Origin: Vulcanimicrobiota bacterium
GTDB taxonomy: Bacteria > Vulcanimicrobiota > Vulcanimicrobiia > Vulcanimicrobiales > Vulcanimicrobiaceae
Assembly (NCBI GenBank): GCA_003135555.1
Contig: PLCF01000014.1
Span: 1-64,000 of the forward strand
DNA: 64,000 nucleotides
Direction of reading: 5' to 3'
This document shows positions 38,629-48,244 of the stretch, piece by piece (the first letter of the stretch is position 1; each line of letters starts with the position of its first letter). The notes below the pieces were generated by a model. It worked only from the letters and a program-made list of their open reading frames with translations, searched no databases and was not told where the DNA came from. The position numbers and the translations under genes are program-made.

Positions 38629-40908
38629 TCACCAGGGCGCGGTCAGCCGCAACACGATCCGCCGCGGCGCATTCCATTGCGTCGTGTTGAACCCGTTGTT
38701 GACCTTGATCAGATAGCGGTTGTCGAACAGGTTCTCGAGCGAGAGCGCGTAGCCCAGCCCGTGCGAGGCCCGATCGGCGGCACGCCCCAGCGACGCGTCG
38801 ACGACCCAGTGTGCGGGCAGCCGTCCTTGACCGTTCTCGAACTGCGCCGGGAAGCCCGTGCCGTACTCCGCCTGCAGCGTCGCGAAGGTGCGCAGATCTC
38901 CGCCGAAATGGCGCGTGTAGAACGCGTTGCCGGTCCAGCGGGCGTCGTGATCCTCAGGCTGCAACGTGATGTCGCTCGCGGCGTCGGGCGCGAACAGGAA
39001 CGTACTGCCCGAGACACCGCCCGCTTCGGCACGCTGAAACGTCAGCGAGAGCCCGGCGTCGGCGCGCGCCGACGTGCCGTCCAGGCGCAACTCGATCCCG
39101 CGATCGCGGCCGACCGCGTTGTTGAAGACCGCGAAGAGCGGCGTGTTGGCGAGTTGCGTCGTGTCGAGCACGTTGACCGCGGTGCGGTCGAACGCGTTGA
39201 GGTAGCCGCGCAGCCCCGGTTTGAACGTGTGCGCGAGGCCAACCTCGACATAGGTGTCGCGCTCGGGCTTGAGGTCGTATACCGGCGCGGCCGTCGACGA
39301 GGTCTGCGTGACGACCGCGTCGCGGCGCACGTCCTCCAGCCCCGGCGCGGAGTAGAGCCGGCCGTAGTACGCGTGCAGCACCGTGCCGCGCGCGATCTCG
39401 TCGTTGATCTCGATCCGCGGGCTGAGCTGCGAGCCGCCGACGTACCCCGTGCTGTGGTCGTAGCGCAATCCGGCATTGATCGCGAGCCGCGGCGTCGCGC
39501 TCCACTTGTCCTCGAGGTAGAGGCCGGTCTGCGCCCCGCGCTGCGCGGTCGAGTCGGTGAAATCGGGCGAGCCGGTGATGCGGATCAGCGAGTCCGAGCG
39601 AAAGTTTTCGACTTGCAGATCGAGCCCGGCTTTGAGCGCGTGCCGGCCGCCGGCGTGAAACACCGACGCGCGCAGGCCGGCATACGTCGCCGCGCGGTCT
39701 TCGCGTACGCCGTTCTGCGGCGTAGCCGAACCGTCAGGGTTGACGACGTTGGCCAGCACGTCGTTGGCCAGATCTCCCGCATACACGACGCGGTTCGAGC
39801 GCACCCATGGCACGACGCGCACGTAGCCGTTGCCGTCCTTCGAGGTGTGCGTGTACGAAAGGCTGGCGAAGCGGTCGTACTCGCGCTGCACGTCGTCGGT
39901 CGCGGAGACCGCAACGAACGGCGACTGCGGCGAGAACGTCGTATTGATCGGGATCTGGAACGACGCGTACCCGCTGGAGAAGTCGGCGGCGAGCAAGTCG
40001 CGCTCGCCCAGCGGCAGCGCGATGCGCAGGAACCCGTCGGCGTTCGACGATGCGTCGTGCTGCGCGTCCTTCGAGGGCGCATCGAGCCCGCGGCCGGTGC
40101 GCGCCGTGTTGAGCGCGAGCGAGAACTGCGCCCGCCCCGCGTTGAAGTGCTCGACCAGCCGCGCGTCCGACGAACCGAGCTCGCCGGCGCCGAGCGTCAG
40201 CGCGCCGGCACCCGAGCCGCCCTGCTCGGTTCCGCCGCTGATGACGTTGACGACCGCGCCCTGGCGCGAGCCGCCGAACTCGGCCGGAAATGCGCCGGTG
40301 AATATTTCGACCGCCTGCGCGTTGCGCGGGTCGATCAGTTGCGCGAAGTTCGAGCTGGTCGATTGGGGGAGCGGCGCGCCGTCGAGCTCGTAGCTCAGGC
40401 CGTGGAACCCATGCGCGACCGGCTCGTCGTACGAGAAGCGCACGACGCCGGGGACCTGCTCGACGATCGCGTCGAGGCGGTCGTTGCGCGGCAGCGCGGC
40501 CAAGCGGCGAGCACCGTAGGCGTTCTCGGAGACCGGCGTTCCGCGCACGCCCGTTGCGGTGCCGGCGGTGCGGCCGATCACCTTCGTCGGGGTTAGCGTG
40601 ACGTCGACGATCGCGTCGGTCGCGACGTCGATGCTCGCCAGCGCGACGCCGTCGGCGGTTGTCGCCTGCAACGTGTAGTGGCCGAACGGGACACGGGCGA
40701 AGACGAAGCGCCCGTCGGCGCCGCTCGTTGCGGTCAAAGCGGTTCGGTCGCCGGTCAGCGTGACGACGACGCCGCCGAGGGGACGATGGTCGGCCCGGGC
40801 GAGCGTCCCGCGGACGACGCCGACGACGTCGGCGCGCGCCGGGGCCGCCGAAACGACGGCGACGGATACGCAAGCGAGCGCGGCAACGGCCGCGCGTAGG
40901 GGATGCAT
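38629..40908 (-). CDS. TonB-dependent receptor with N-terminal carboxypeptidase-regulatory-like domain
   Basis: GGAG RBS before ATG 40908, signal peptide, plug motif GAFPAEFGG, GLRYD, ENLFD and C-terminal W. Confidence 0.88.
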   Translation of the reverse strand: MHPLRAAVAALACVSVAVVSAAPARADVVGVVRGTLARADHRPLGGVVVTLTGDRTALTATSGADGRFVFARVPFGHYTLQATTADGVALASIDVATDAIVDVTLTPTKVIGRTAGTATGVRGTPVSENAYGARRLAALPRNDRLDAIVEQVPGVVRFSYDEPVAHGFHGLSYELDGAPLPQSTSSNFAQLIDPRNAQAVEIFTGAFPAEFGGSRQGAVVNVISGGTEQGGSGAGALTLGAGELGSSDARLVEHFNAGRAQFSLALNTARTGRGLDAPSKDAQHDASSNADGFLRIALPLGERDLLAADFSSGYASFQIPINTTFSPQSPFVAVSATDDVQREYDRFASLSYTHTSKDGNGYVRVVPWVRSNRVVYAGDLANDVLANVVNPDGSATPQNGVREDRAATYAGLRASVFHAGGRHALKAGLDLQVENFRSDSLIRITGSPDFTDSTAQRGAQTGLYLEDKWSATPRLAINAGLRYDHSTGYVGGSQLSPRIEINDEIARGTVLHAYYGRLYSAPGLEDVRRDAVVTQTSSTAAPVYDLKPERDTYVEVGLAHTFKPGLRGYLNAFDRTAVNVLDTTQLANTPLFAVFNNAVGRDRGIELRLDGTSARADAGLSLTFQRAEAGGVSGSTFLFAPDAASDITLQPEDHDARWTGNAFYTRHFGGDLRTFATLQAEYGTGFPAQFENGQGRLPAHWVVDASLGRAADRASHGLGYALSLENLFDNRYLIKVNNGFNTTQWNAPRRIVLRLTAPW

Positions 40909-40942
40909 GAAACAGCTCCGGTGGATTCGAGGGCGCTGGGGG

Positions 40943-41628
40943 CTAGCGCACGACCGGAGGGGCCCGTGAGGGCGGCGGCGCGCGAGCCGGGCGCCGGCCG
41001 GAACGAAGAGCGGATCGGCGGTGCCGGCCCAGACCGCGCCGCCGCCGGGCGCCAGCAGGCGCAGGACCGCCGCCAGGACGATCACGAGCCGCTCGGCGAG
41101 GGCGAGCACCGCGCGGGCTGCCCCGGCGAGCGCCAACGCGGTCAGGAGGGCGCCGGCGCCGAGGGCAGCGAGCGCGACCAGCGCCGGAACGCCGGCGAGC
41201 CCGCCGTCGAGCGCGAGGATCGCGGCCAGCGGGGCGGCACCGGCCAGCCCGACGGCCGCGGCGAGCGGCGCGACACGCTGGGCCGCGACCAGCCGCGCGA
41301 GCGCCGTCAAAAGCGCCGGATTGCGCGAGCGGGCCCGCACCAGCCCGAGCACGGCAAGCAAGCAAAGGCCGGCCGCAAGCCCGGCTGCGTAGACGAGGAT
41401 CGGGCAAAGCCCTTCCGCGTCGTCGGGATCGGGCGTGGGCAGGGCCAGGCCGGAGATTCCGCCGGCGAGCGCCGCGTGGGCGTGGCCCAGGACGTGGTGG
41501 TGGCAGACGTGCGCTCCGGCCGCCGCGAGCACGGCGACGCCCAGCGCGGCCGTTCCGGCGACCGCAGCCAGCAGCCCGAGCCCGAGGGACCGCGTCCCTT
41601 TCGTCTGCATCGTCACCAATACGTTCAT
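40943..41628 (-). CDS. His/Cys membrane leader protein with RAPP motif (DUF2946/CruR-like), frameshifted near its 3' end
   Basis: TM helices, HVCHHHVLGHAH and CPIL. LARRRP is followed by SRAPPVVR-stop in the -1 frame; as sequenced it reads through into the receptor. Confidence 0.62.
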
Positions 41629-41697
41629 CGGGTCCCGTTTGGATCATCTCCAGGGAGGGCGGGTCCCGGCCGCCCGCGGGTCGTAGACGGGGCGCTC

Positions 41698-41940
41698 GTG
41701 ATCGATGAAGCGATAGCCGGGCTGCTGCGCCAGACGATGCCCGATGCCGTGGTGCAGGTTCGCGACATGACCGGCACCATGGACCATCTCGAGGTGTTCG
41801 TACGTTCGCGAGCGTTCGCGGGCGTCTCGCTGCTCGACCGGCACCGCATGGTCGAGAAAGCACTGGCCCCCGCTCGCGCCGACGGACGCATCCATGCGCT
41901 CCAGATCCACACCGCTATCCCCGAGGACACCGATGGCTGA
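41698..41940 (+). CDS. BolA family protein
   Basis: DHLEVFVRS.AFAG.SLLDRHRMV and IHALQI motifs; GTG start. Confidence 0.85.
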   Translation: MIDEAIAGLLRQTMPDAVVQVRDMTGTMDHLEVFVRSRAFAGVSLLDRHRMVEKALAPARADGRIHALQIHTAIPEDTDG

Positions 41941-42283
41941 CCTGCAAGACGAGATCAAGCGCGAGATCGACACCAACACGATACTCGTCTACGGCAAAGG
42001 GACAAAGGACGCGCCGCGCTGCGGCTTCACGCTGGAGACGATCCAGTTCTTCAACGCGTTCGGGTACCCGTTCGAAGTCGTCGACGTGCTCGAGAACATG
42101 CCCAAGCGTGAAGCGCTGGCACAACTCACCGATTGGCCGACGCTGCCCAAGGTGTTCATCAAAGGCCAGTTCTACGGCGACACCGACGTGCTCGCGCCGA
42201 TGGCGCGCAGCGGCGAGTTGAGCCGGGTGCTCGAGACCGCGTTCGCCGGGACCGACGTCGAGCCGACGATCCGCCTGAGCTGA
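41933..42283 (+). CDS. grxD: Monothiol glutaredoxin (Grx4-like)
   Basis: KGT..APRCGFT and WPTLPKVFIKG motifs; follows BolA. Confidence 0.82.
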   Translation: MADLQDEIKREIDTNTILVYGKGTKDAPRCGFTLETIQFFNAFGYPFEVVDVLENMPKREALAQLTDWPTLPKVFIKGQFYGDTDVLAPMARSGELSRVLETAFAGTDVEPTIRLS

Positions 42284-42369
42284 CGCAGCCCCGTGGCGGG
42301 CCCGCCGCCCCTAGCAGGAATGTCCTCGTCGTGGGCGCCTTCACGTCAGCTGGGAAATCCGGCCCAGAC

Positions 42370-42434
42370 TTGACGTTTAATTGAGATTTAAGACCAGGAG
42401 GCTAGGCTTGCTACGGCCCAAATACGGTCGTAGC
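42370..42434 (+). promoter_or_regulatory. Promoter with tandem 11-bp direct repeat and 5' hairpin
   Basis: ttgacgtttaa/ttgagatttaa; TTGAGA-16-TAGGCT; 9-bp hairpin at 42410-42434. Confidence 0.45.
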
Positions 42435-42457
42435 CCACACCCTCGAAAGGACCCACC

Positions 42458-45400
42458 GTGCGCACTCTCCTTCGTGCAAGCGCGGCCTTCGCTTTTGCGT
42501 ACCTATCGTTCGTCGGACCCGCAAGCGCGGCGACGGAGCCGGTAGTCGCGCAAGCCTCGGCTACTCAAGGCACGCTGAACGGCCGCGTCACCGATCCTCG
42601 CGGGAATCCCGTCGCCGGCGCAGCCGTGTCGGTCACGGGACCCGGTCCTACGTCCACCGCGACGACGGACAACGACGGACGCTTCACGTTCAATCTCCCG
42701 CCGGGTGTTTACACCGTCACCGTCAACCGCGGCGGATTCGAGACGGCCCAGAACGACATCTCGATCGTGGCCGGCACGCGCATCGCGTTGGCCGTCCCGC
42801 TGCAGGAGACGAACCTCTCGAACCTGCGCGTCATCGGACGCGTGAGCACCAACTCACAGCGCGCGCAGCTCAACACATCGGAATCGTCAGTGTCGACGCT
42901 TCCGCCGCTCGAGATCGCGCTGCGGCAGAACAATACCCTTACCGATACCGTCGCAACGCTGCCGGGTGTGGTCGTGCAGCGTACGTTCTCCGCGACGCCG
43001 AACACGAACTTCGTCGTGCGCGGCGCGGGCGCGCAAACCCGCGTCACCATCGACGGCCACCCGGTGAGCTCCGGGATCTTCGGCCAGTGGAACACCAACT
43101 ACGCCACCTCGGGGATCTTCAACGACGTCGAAGTCGTGAAGGGCACCGGCCTCAACGGCGCGCTCGCCGGTGAGTCCGCGGTCGGCACCGTGAACCTGCG
43201 GACGCGGGACTTCACCACCAAGAATTCGTACGGGCTGCAGATCGGCGCCGACAGCTATACCGGCGGCATCTACAACGCGTTCGCCGACGTGAACTTCTTG
43301 AAAGGCAAGGCGAGCCTCATCGTCGCCAAGTCGTTCATCGGGTTCAACGGTCCGTGGAACCTGGCGTTCAACAACCGCTCCGGCAACAACAACCTGTCGT
43401 CGCAGCCGGTCGCGCTCAACCAGCCGCAGAGCTTCATCGGTCTCGATCAGTGGCAGGGAGACTTCTCCAACCGCTACGGCCTCCAGGCCGAGCTCGCCAA
43501 GCTGCGTTACCGGTTCAGCGAGACCACCTCGGTCACGCTGGAATACCTGGGGATGCAGGGCCAGTATCAGCCGCAAGGCGGAGCCTACGGCACGTTCCAG
43601 GGCAACATGACGATGCAGGCATGCCAAACCGGCGCCGCGTTCCAGCCCACGCTCGCGACGTGCACTTCGCAGTCCACGTACACCGCGCCGTACACGTTCA
43701 ACCAAATCGGCAACACCGTGCCCGCGTACCAGTGGTTCCCCAACTCGTTCATCCAGAACAACGAACCGCAGTTCGCGGCCGAGTTCCGCACGGCGATCAA
43801 GAACGACACGATCCTGTTCCGGCCGTACACGCACCTCATCAACCGCTACATCAGCGGCGTGCGCGAGAACGACTACCCGGGCAACGGCGGCGGCTGGTTT
43901 GCCGTCACCAACGTGGCGAACTGCCAAGTGAAGTTCATCACTCCGGGAACGGCGGGTGGACCGGCGACCGGCGCGGCCGGCCCGTGCTTCCCGTCCACGA
44001 CGGGCCCCGCCGGCGCTTCGTACGTCGGCGCCGACCCGACCGGTCGCCAGTTCCTGACCACGCCCAGCGCCCCGGTGTGCAGCGCGGCACCGCCGTTCAC
44101 GTGCTTCACGACGACGACGGGGATCCAAAACGACGGGACGTTCGGGTACGGAACGCCGTTCAGCCAGCCCGAGGTCGACCGGCTCAACGGCTACACGCTG
44201 AGCTGGATCCATCCCGCGGGCAACAACCTCTTCAACTTCAGCGTCGACTACCGTAAGGACTTCGCCCAGTCGCAGAGCAGCGATCAGAGCCAGGCTGCGG
44301 CCGGCTGTCAGTTCGTGATCGGCTCGGTCACGGGCGCCGCCGTCTCGAACTTCCAGCCGGGATGCTCGACGGCCCAGTTCCCGCTCGCGGGATCTCCCTA
44401 CACCCGCTACAACCTCTTACCGCGCTCGGCGATCGGTACGCCGCCGACCGTTTCGCAGTACACCGACTTTGCGCTCACCGGAACGTTCCATCTCGGTGAC
44501 AAGCTGACCCTAGCGATCGGGAACTACCTCGAGCTCTACAAGCTCAACGCGCAGATCGAGAACCCGACCGTTCTGGCCCAATACGCCGCTCTGGGCAACG
44601 CTCAAGCCTCCCCGGTGGCGCTGGTGACCCGGACGCAAAGCTACACCCACTACGACCCGCACATCGGGCTGGAGTATCGCGTCAACCGCGACCTGAGCCT
44701 GCGGGCCAACGGCGGGTCGTCGATCACCCAACCGTGGCCGGGGATCGTCTCCGGGTTCGGTTCGATCACCCTGCCCAACGCGGCGAACGGCGGCAACTAC
44801 ACCAACACCATCCCGAACTTCGCTCTGACGCCCGAGACGACGGTCGCGTACGACCTCGGGTTCGACCAACGGCTGCACGACACCGGGATCCTGTCGTTCG
44901 ACCTCTACGACATCACCATCCACGACGTGTTCCTCTCCAACACGACGAACCTCGGAACGATCGCGAACACCTGCGGTCCGGGCAACGGTGGACCGTTCCC
45001 CAACGCACTGTGCTTGCAGTCGAACAACATCAACGGGCCGATCCAGCGCACCTACGGAGCCGAGCTCGCGGTCACCAAGAATCCCATCAACGGCTGGGGC
45101 TACTACCTCTCCGCGACCCTGGCCCGCACCTACTACGATCAGCTTCCGCTGAGCATCTACTTCGCCAACACCACGAACAACAACGGAAACTTCAACGTCA
45201 GCGGGGCGCAGATCTTCGGCAACCCGTTCTTCAAGTCGTACGCTCAGCTGCTGTACGCGGACCCGCGCGGGACCGTGTTCGAGCTGGGAGCCGACTACGA
45301 AGGTCCCGACAACTCGACGTTCGGCCCGCCGTTCGTCCTGTGGGATGCGGCTGCACGCATCCCGGTCGCGAAGCACCTCAACCTGCAGATCTCGGCCCAG

Positions 45401-45574
45401 AACCTCTTCAACCTCAACACGGGCACGGCGCTCGGACGCAGCCTGGCCAATCAAGGCAACATCGAGCCTACGCTGTACCTCAGCGGCGGGCAGCTGTTGC
45501 CGAGCGGCGGGACGACGAACATCAACGCGCTGCCGCCGCGTACCATCCGCATGTCGCTCAACTTCGCGATGTAG
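42458..45574 (+). CDS. Large TonB-dependent receptor
   Basis: Signal peptide, N-terminal carboxypeptidase-regulatory-like domain, plug (IDGHP, VEVVKG, GTVNLRT), LTPET and QNLFN. Confidence 0.88.
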   Translation: MRTLLRASAAFAFAYLSFVGPASAATEPVVAQASATQGTLNGRVTDPRGNPVAGAAVSVTGPGPTSTATTDNDGRFTFNLPPGVYTVTVNRGGFETAQNDISIVAGTRIALAVPLQETNLSNLRVIGRVSTNSQRAQLNTSESSVSTLPPLEIALRQNNTLTDTVATLPGVVVQRTFSATPNTNFVVRGAGAQTRVTIDGHPVSSGIFGQWNTNYATSGIFNDVEVVKGTGLNGALAGESAVGTVNLRTRDFTTKNSYGLQIGADSYTGGIYNAFADVNFLKGKASLIVAKSFIGFNGPWNLAFNNRSGNNNLSSQPVALNQPQSFIGLDQWQGDFSNRYGLQAELAKLRYRFSETTSVTLEYLGMQGQYQPQGGAYGTFQGNMTMQACQTGAAFQPTLATCTSQSTYTAPYTFNQIGNTVPAYQWFPNSFIQNNEPQFAAEFRTAIKNDTILFRPYTHLINRYISGVRENDYPGNGGGWFAVTNVANCQVKFITPGTAGGPATGAAGPCFPSTTGPAGASYVGADPTGRQFLTTPSAPVCSAAPPFTCFTTTTGIQNDGTFGYGTPFSQPEVDRLNGYTLSWIHPAGNNLFNFSVDYRKDFAQSQSSDQSQAAAGCQFVIGSVTGAAVSNFQPGCSTAQFPLAGSPYTRYNLLPRSAIGTPPTVSQYTDFALTGTFHLGDKLTLAIGNYLELYKLNAQIENPTVLAQYAALGNAQASPVALVTRTQSYTHYDPHIGLEYRVNRDLSLRANGGSSITQPWPGIVSGFGSITLPNAANGGNYTNTIPNFALTPETTVAYDLGFDQRLHDTGILSFDLYDITIHDVFLSNTTNLGTIANTCGPGNGGPFPNALCLQSNNINGPIQRTYGAELAVTKNPINGWGYYLSATLARTYYDQLPLSIYFANTTNNNGNFNVSGAQIFGNPFFKSYAQLLYADPRGTVFELGADYEGPDNSTFGPPFVLWDAAARIPVAKHLNLQISAQNLFNLNTGTALGRSLANQGNIEPTLYLSGGQLLPSGGTTNINALPPRTIRMSLNFAM

Positions 45575-45597
45575 TCGCGACCGCAGCGAACCTGCAC

Positions 45598-45636
45598 GAA
45601 GAGGCCCGTCGCGTTCGCGCGGCGGGCTTCTTCTTT
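45598..45636 (+). terminator. Intrinsic terminator
   Basis: Stem gaagaggcccgtcgcg, TTCG loop, cgcggcgggcttcttc, then ttt. Confidence 0.75.
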
Positions 45637-45656
45637 GCGGCGCCGAAGCGAGCGGC

Positions 45657-46121
45657 GTGCCGCGACACTGGCTCTTCAAGACCGAACCCGAGAGCTTTTC
45701 GATCGACGATTTGGAGCGCGTCGGCCGCGAGGAATGGTCGGGCGTGCGCAGCTTCCAGGCGCGTAACCTGATGCGCGAGATGCAACCCGGCGACCTGGGC
45801 TTCTTCTACCATTCCAGCACCCAGCCGCCGGGGATCGTCGGCGTCTGCGAGGTGCTCGGCGCGGCGCACCCCGACTCGACGCAGTTCGCGAAGCGCAGCG
45901 AGTACTACGATCGCACCTCGAAGCGGGAAGCCCCTAAGTGGTGGTGCGTCGACGTCGGCTTCGTGCGCCGGCTACCGCGAATGGTGACGCTCGCCGAACT
46001 GCGCGCCATCCCGGCGTTGGCGTTCATGCCGCTGCTGCGGCGCGGGCAACGCCTTTCGGTGCAGCCGGTCTCACCCCAAGAGTGGGCCCTGATCCTCGCG
46101 CTCGTCGGTCAGACGGTTTGA
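45657..46121 (+). CDS. EVE domain protein
   Basis: WLFKTEP..FSIDDL, WSGVRSFQARN, FYHS and RLSVQPV motifs. Confidence 0.9.
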   Translation: MPRHWLFKTEPESFSIDDLERVGREEWSGVRSFQARNLMREMQPGDLGFFYHSSTQPPGIVGVCEVLGAAHPDSTQFAKRSEYYDRTSKREAPKWWCVDVGFVRRLPRMVTLAELRAIPALAFMPLLRRGQRLSVQPVSPQEWALILALVGQTV

Positions 46122-48244
46122 TAGCGTTGCAAGAGGATCTGCTGCGCGTCGACACGCTCCTCGCCCGGTAGGATGCGGCGGCGCTCGTAGCCGCCGTCCG
46201 AGCGCAGGACGCGTGCTTTGACGTTGTCGGCCAAGAGCACGTCGAGGATCTCGGTGCGGATGAACTCGCCCAAGACGGGATCGAGCACCGGCACGACGCT
46301 CTCGACGCGGCGGTCGAGGTTGCGGCCCATCCAGTCGGCGCTGCCGACGAAGACTTCGTAGTCGCCGCCGTTGGTGAAGACGAACATGCGCGAGTGCTCC
46401 AAGAAGCGTCCCACGATGCTGCGCACGCGAATCGTCTCGCTCACCCCCAGCACGCCCGGCCGAATCACGCACATCCCGCGCACGATGAGCTCGATCGGCA
46501 CGCCGGCGCGCGACGCGCGGTAGAGGCGCTGCACGATCCCGGCGTCGCTGATCGCGTTGAGCTTGGCGACGATCCCGCTCGGCCGGCCGGCCTCCGCGTG
46601 CGCAGTCTCGCGGTCGATCAGCTCCTCGAAACCGCTGCGCAGGCTGGTCGGCGCGACCATGAGCTGCTCGTAACTGTCGGCCTTCGAGAACCCGGTCAGC
46701 GCGTTGAAGAGCTGCGTCGCGTCGGCACCGAGATCGGCGCGGCACGTGAATAGGCTCAGATCGGTGTACGTGCGGGCGGTCTTGTCGTTGTAGTTCCCGG
46801 TCCCGAAGTGCATGTAGCGCCGGATGCCGTCGGGCTCGTTGCGCACGACCAGCGTCACCTTGGCGTGCGTCTTGAGGTTGGCCAAACCGTAGACGACGTG
46901 CACGCCGGCGCGCTCGAGCATTCGCGCCCAGTGGATGTTGTTCTCTTCGTCGAAGCGCGCCTTGAGCTCGATGAGCGCGGCGACCTGGGTCCCGTTCTCG
47001 GCGGCGTCGACGAGCGCGCCGACGACCGGGGAGTTTCCCGACGTGCGGTACAGGGTCTGCTTGATCGCCAGCACGTTGGGGTCGTTCGCCGCCTGTTGCA
47101 CGAACTGCACGACCGGGTCGAACGACTCGTAGGGGTGGTGCAACAGGACGTCGCCTTCGCGGATGAGCGCGAACAGGTCGGTCTGCCCGATGAGCCGTTT
47201 GGGGATCGCGGGCGTGAACGGCGGGTCGTGGAGATCCGGCTCGTCGAGGTTCACCAGCGTCCACAGGTCGGCGGTCCCCATCATCCCGTCGACCTCGTAG
47301 CAATCGCCGCGGTCGAGTTCGAGCGCTTCGAGCACCATGTCGCGTAGGCCGTCGGGCATTCCGGGCTCGACTTCGAGCCGCACCGGCTCGCCGAAACGGC
47401 GCTTGCGCAGCTCGGACTCGATGGCGCGCAGCAGATCGTCGGCTTCGTCTTCCTGAAGGTCCAAGTCGGCGTCGCGGGTGACGCGGAACAGGTACGATGC
47501 CGTCACGCGCAGCCCGGGGAAAAGCGCCTCCATGTTGTGCGCGATGATGTCTTCGAGCATCACGAACCAGCGCTGACCGCGCGGCGCCGACTCGACGGGG
47601 ACGAAGCGCGGCAGCGAGCCGGGCACCTTCACCCGCGCGACGTAGGTGATCGGACCGTCGGGCGTGGTTTCCTCGAGCTCGACCGCCAGCGAGATCGAGA
47701 GGTTGGAGATGTACGGGAAGGGGTGCCCCTTGTCGATCGCCAGCGGGGTCAGCACCGGGAACACGCGCTCCTCGAAGTAGCGGCGCATCGTGCGCGCCGT
47801 GTTCGTGTCGAGCTGGTCGTAGGCCAGGACGCGAATCCCGTGCCGCTCCATCGCGGGGAAGAGTTGGTTCTCGAGGCAGTCCGTCATGCGCGCGACGGAG
47901 CGTCGCAGGTGGTGGCTCACCAGATCGAGCTGTTCTTCGGGCGTGTGGCCGTCGTCGGAGCGCTTGTGGACCTCGGCGGCGAGCTGCTGCATCAAGCCGG
48001 CGATGCGGATCATGAAGAACTCGTCGAGGTTGGTACCGTAGATCGCGATGAACTTGACCCGCTCGAGCAGCGGGTTCCGCTCGTCGAGGGCCTCCTCCAG
48101 GACGCGGTCGTTGAACTCCAGCCACGAGGTTTCGCGATTGATGTAGAGTGAGGGATCGTCGAGCGCGATCGGGGCGATGGGGGGTGGGCGGAGCTCTGCG
48201 CCGACCTGCGAACCGGTGAGCATGGTCTCTTCTAGGTTCGGCAT
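46109..48244 (-). CDS. ppk1: Polyphosphate kinase 1
   Basis: NRETSWLEFNDRV, NLDEFFMIR, HHPYESF, ELKARFDE, KTHAK, TGNYN and SADWM.RNL. Start is 48244 or 48223. Confidence 0.96.
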   Translation of the reverse strand: MPNLEETMLTGSQVGAELRPPPIAPIALDDPSLYINRETSWLEFNDRVLEEALDERNPLLERVKFIAIYGTNLDEFFMIRIAGLMQQLAAEVHKRSDDGHTPEEQLDLVSHHLRRSVARMTDCLENQLFPAMERHGIRVLAYDQLDTNTARTMRRYFEERVFPVLTPLAIDKGHPFPYISNLSISLAVELEETTPDGPITYVARVKVPGSLPRFVPVESAPRGQRWFVMLEDIIAHNMEALFPGLRVTASYLFRVTRDADLDLQEDEADDLLRAIESELRKRRFGEPVRLEVEPGMPDGLRDMVLEALELDRGDCYEVDGMMGTADLWTLVNLDEPDLHDPPFTPAIPKRLIGQTDLFALIREGDVLLHHPYESFDPVVQFVQQAANDPNVLAIKQTLYRTSGNSPVVGALVDAAENGTQVAALIELKARFDEENNIHWARMLERAGVHVVYGLANLKTHAKVTLVVRNEPDGIRRYMHFGTGNYNDKTARTYTDLSLFTCRADLGADATQLFNALTGFSKADSYEQLMVAPTSLRSGFEELIDRETAHAEAGRPSGIVAKLNAISDAGIVQRLYRASRAGVPIELIVRGMCVIRPGVLGVSETIRVRSIVGRFLEHSRMFVFTNGGDYEVFVGSADWMGRNLDRRVESVVPVLDPVLGEFIRTEILDVLLADNVKARVLRSDGGYERRRILPGEERVDAQQILLQRYQTV

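Noticed and set aside
38629..41628. A single 999-aa TonB-dependent receptor as listed in the ORF track
   Set aside because: An internal SD, ATG and signal peptide at 40908, plus the out-of-frame RAPP-stop, indicate two genes joined by a frameshift.
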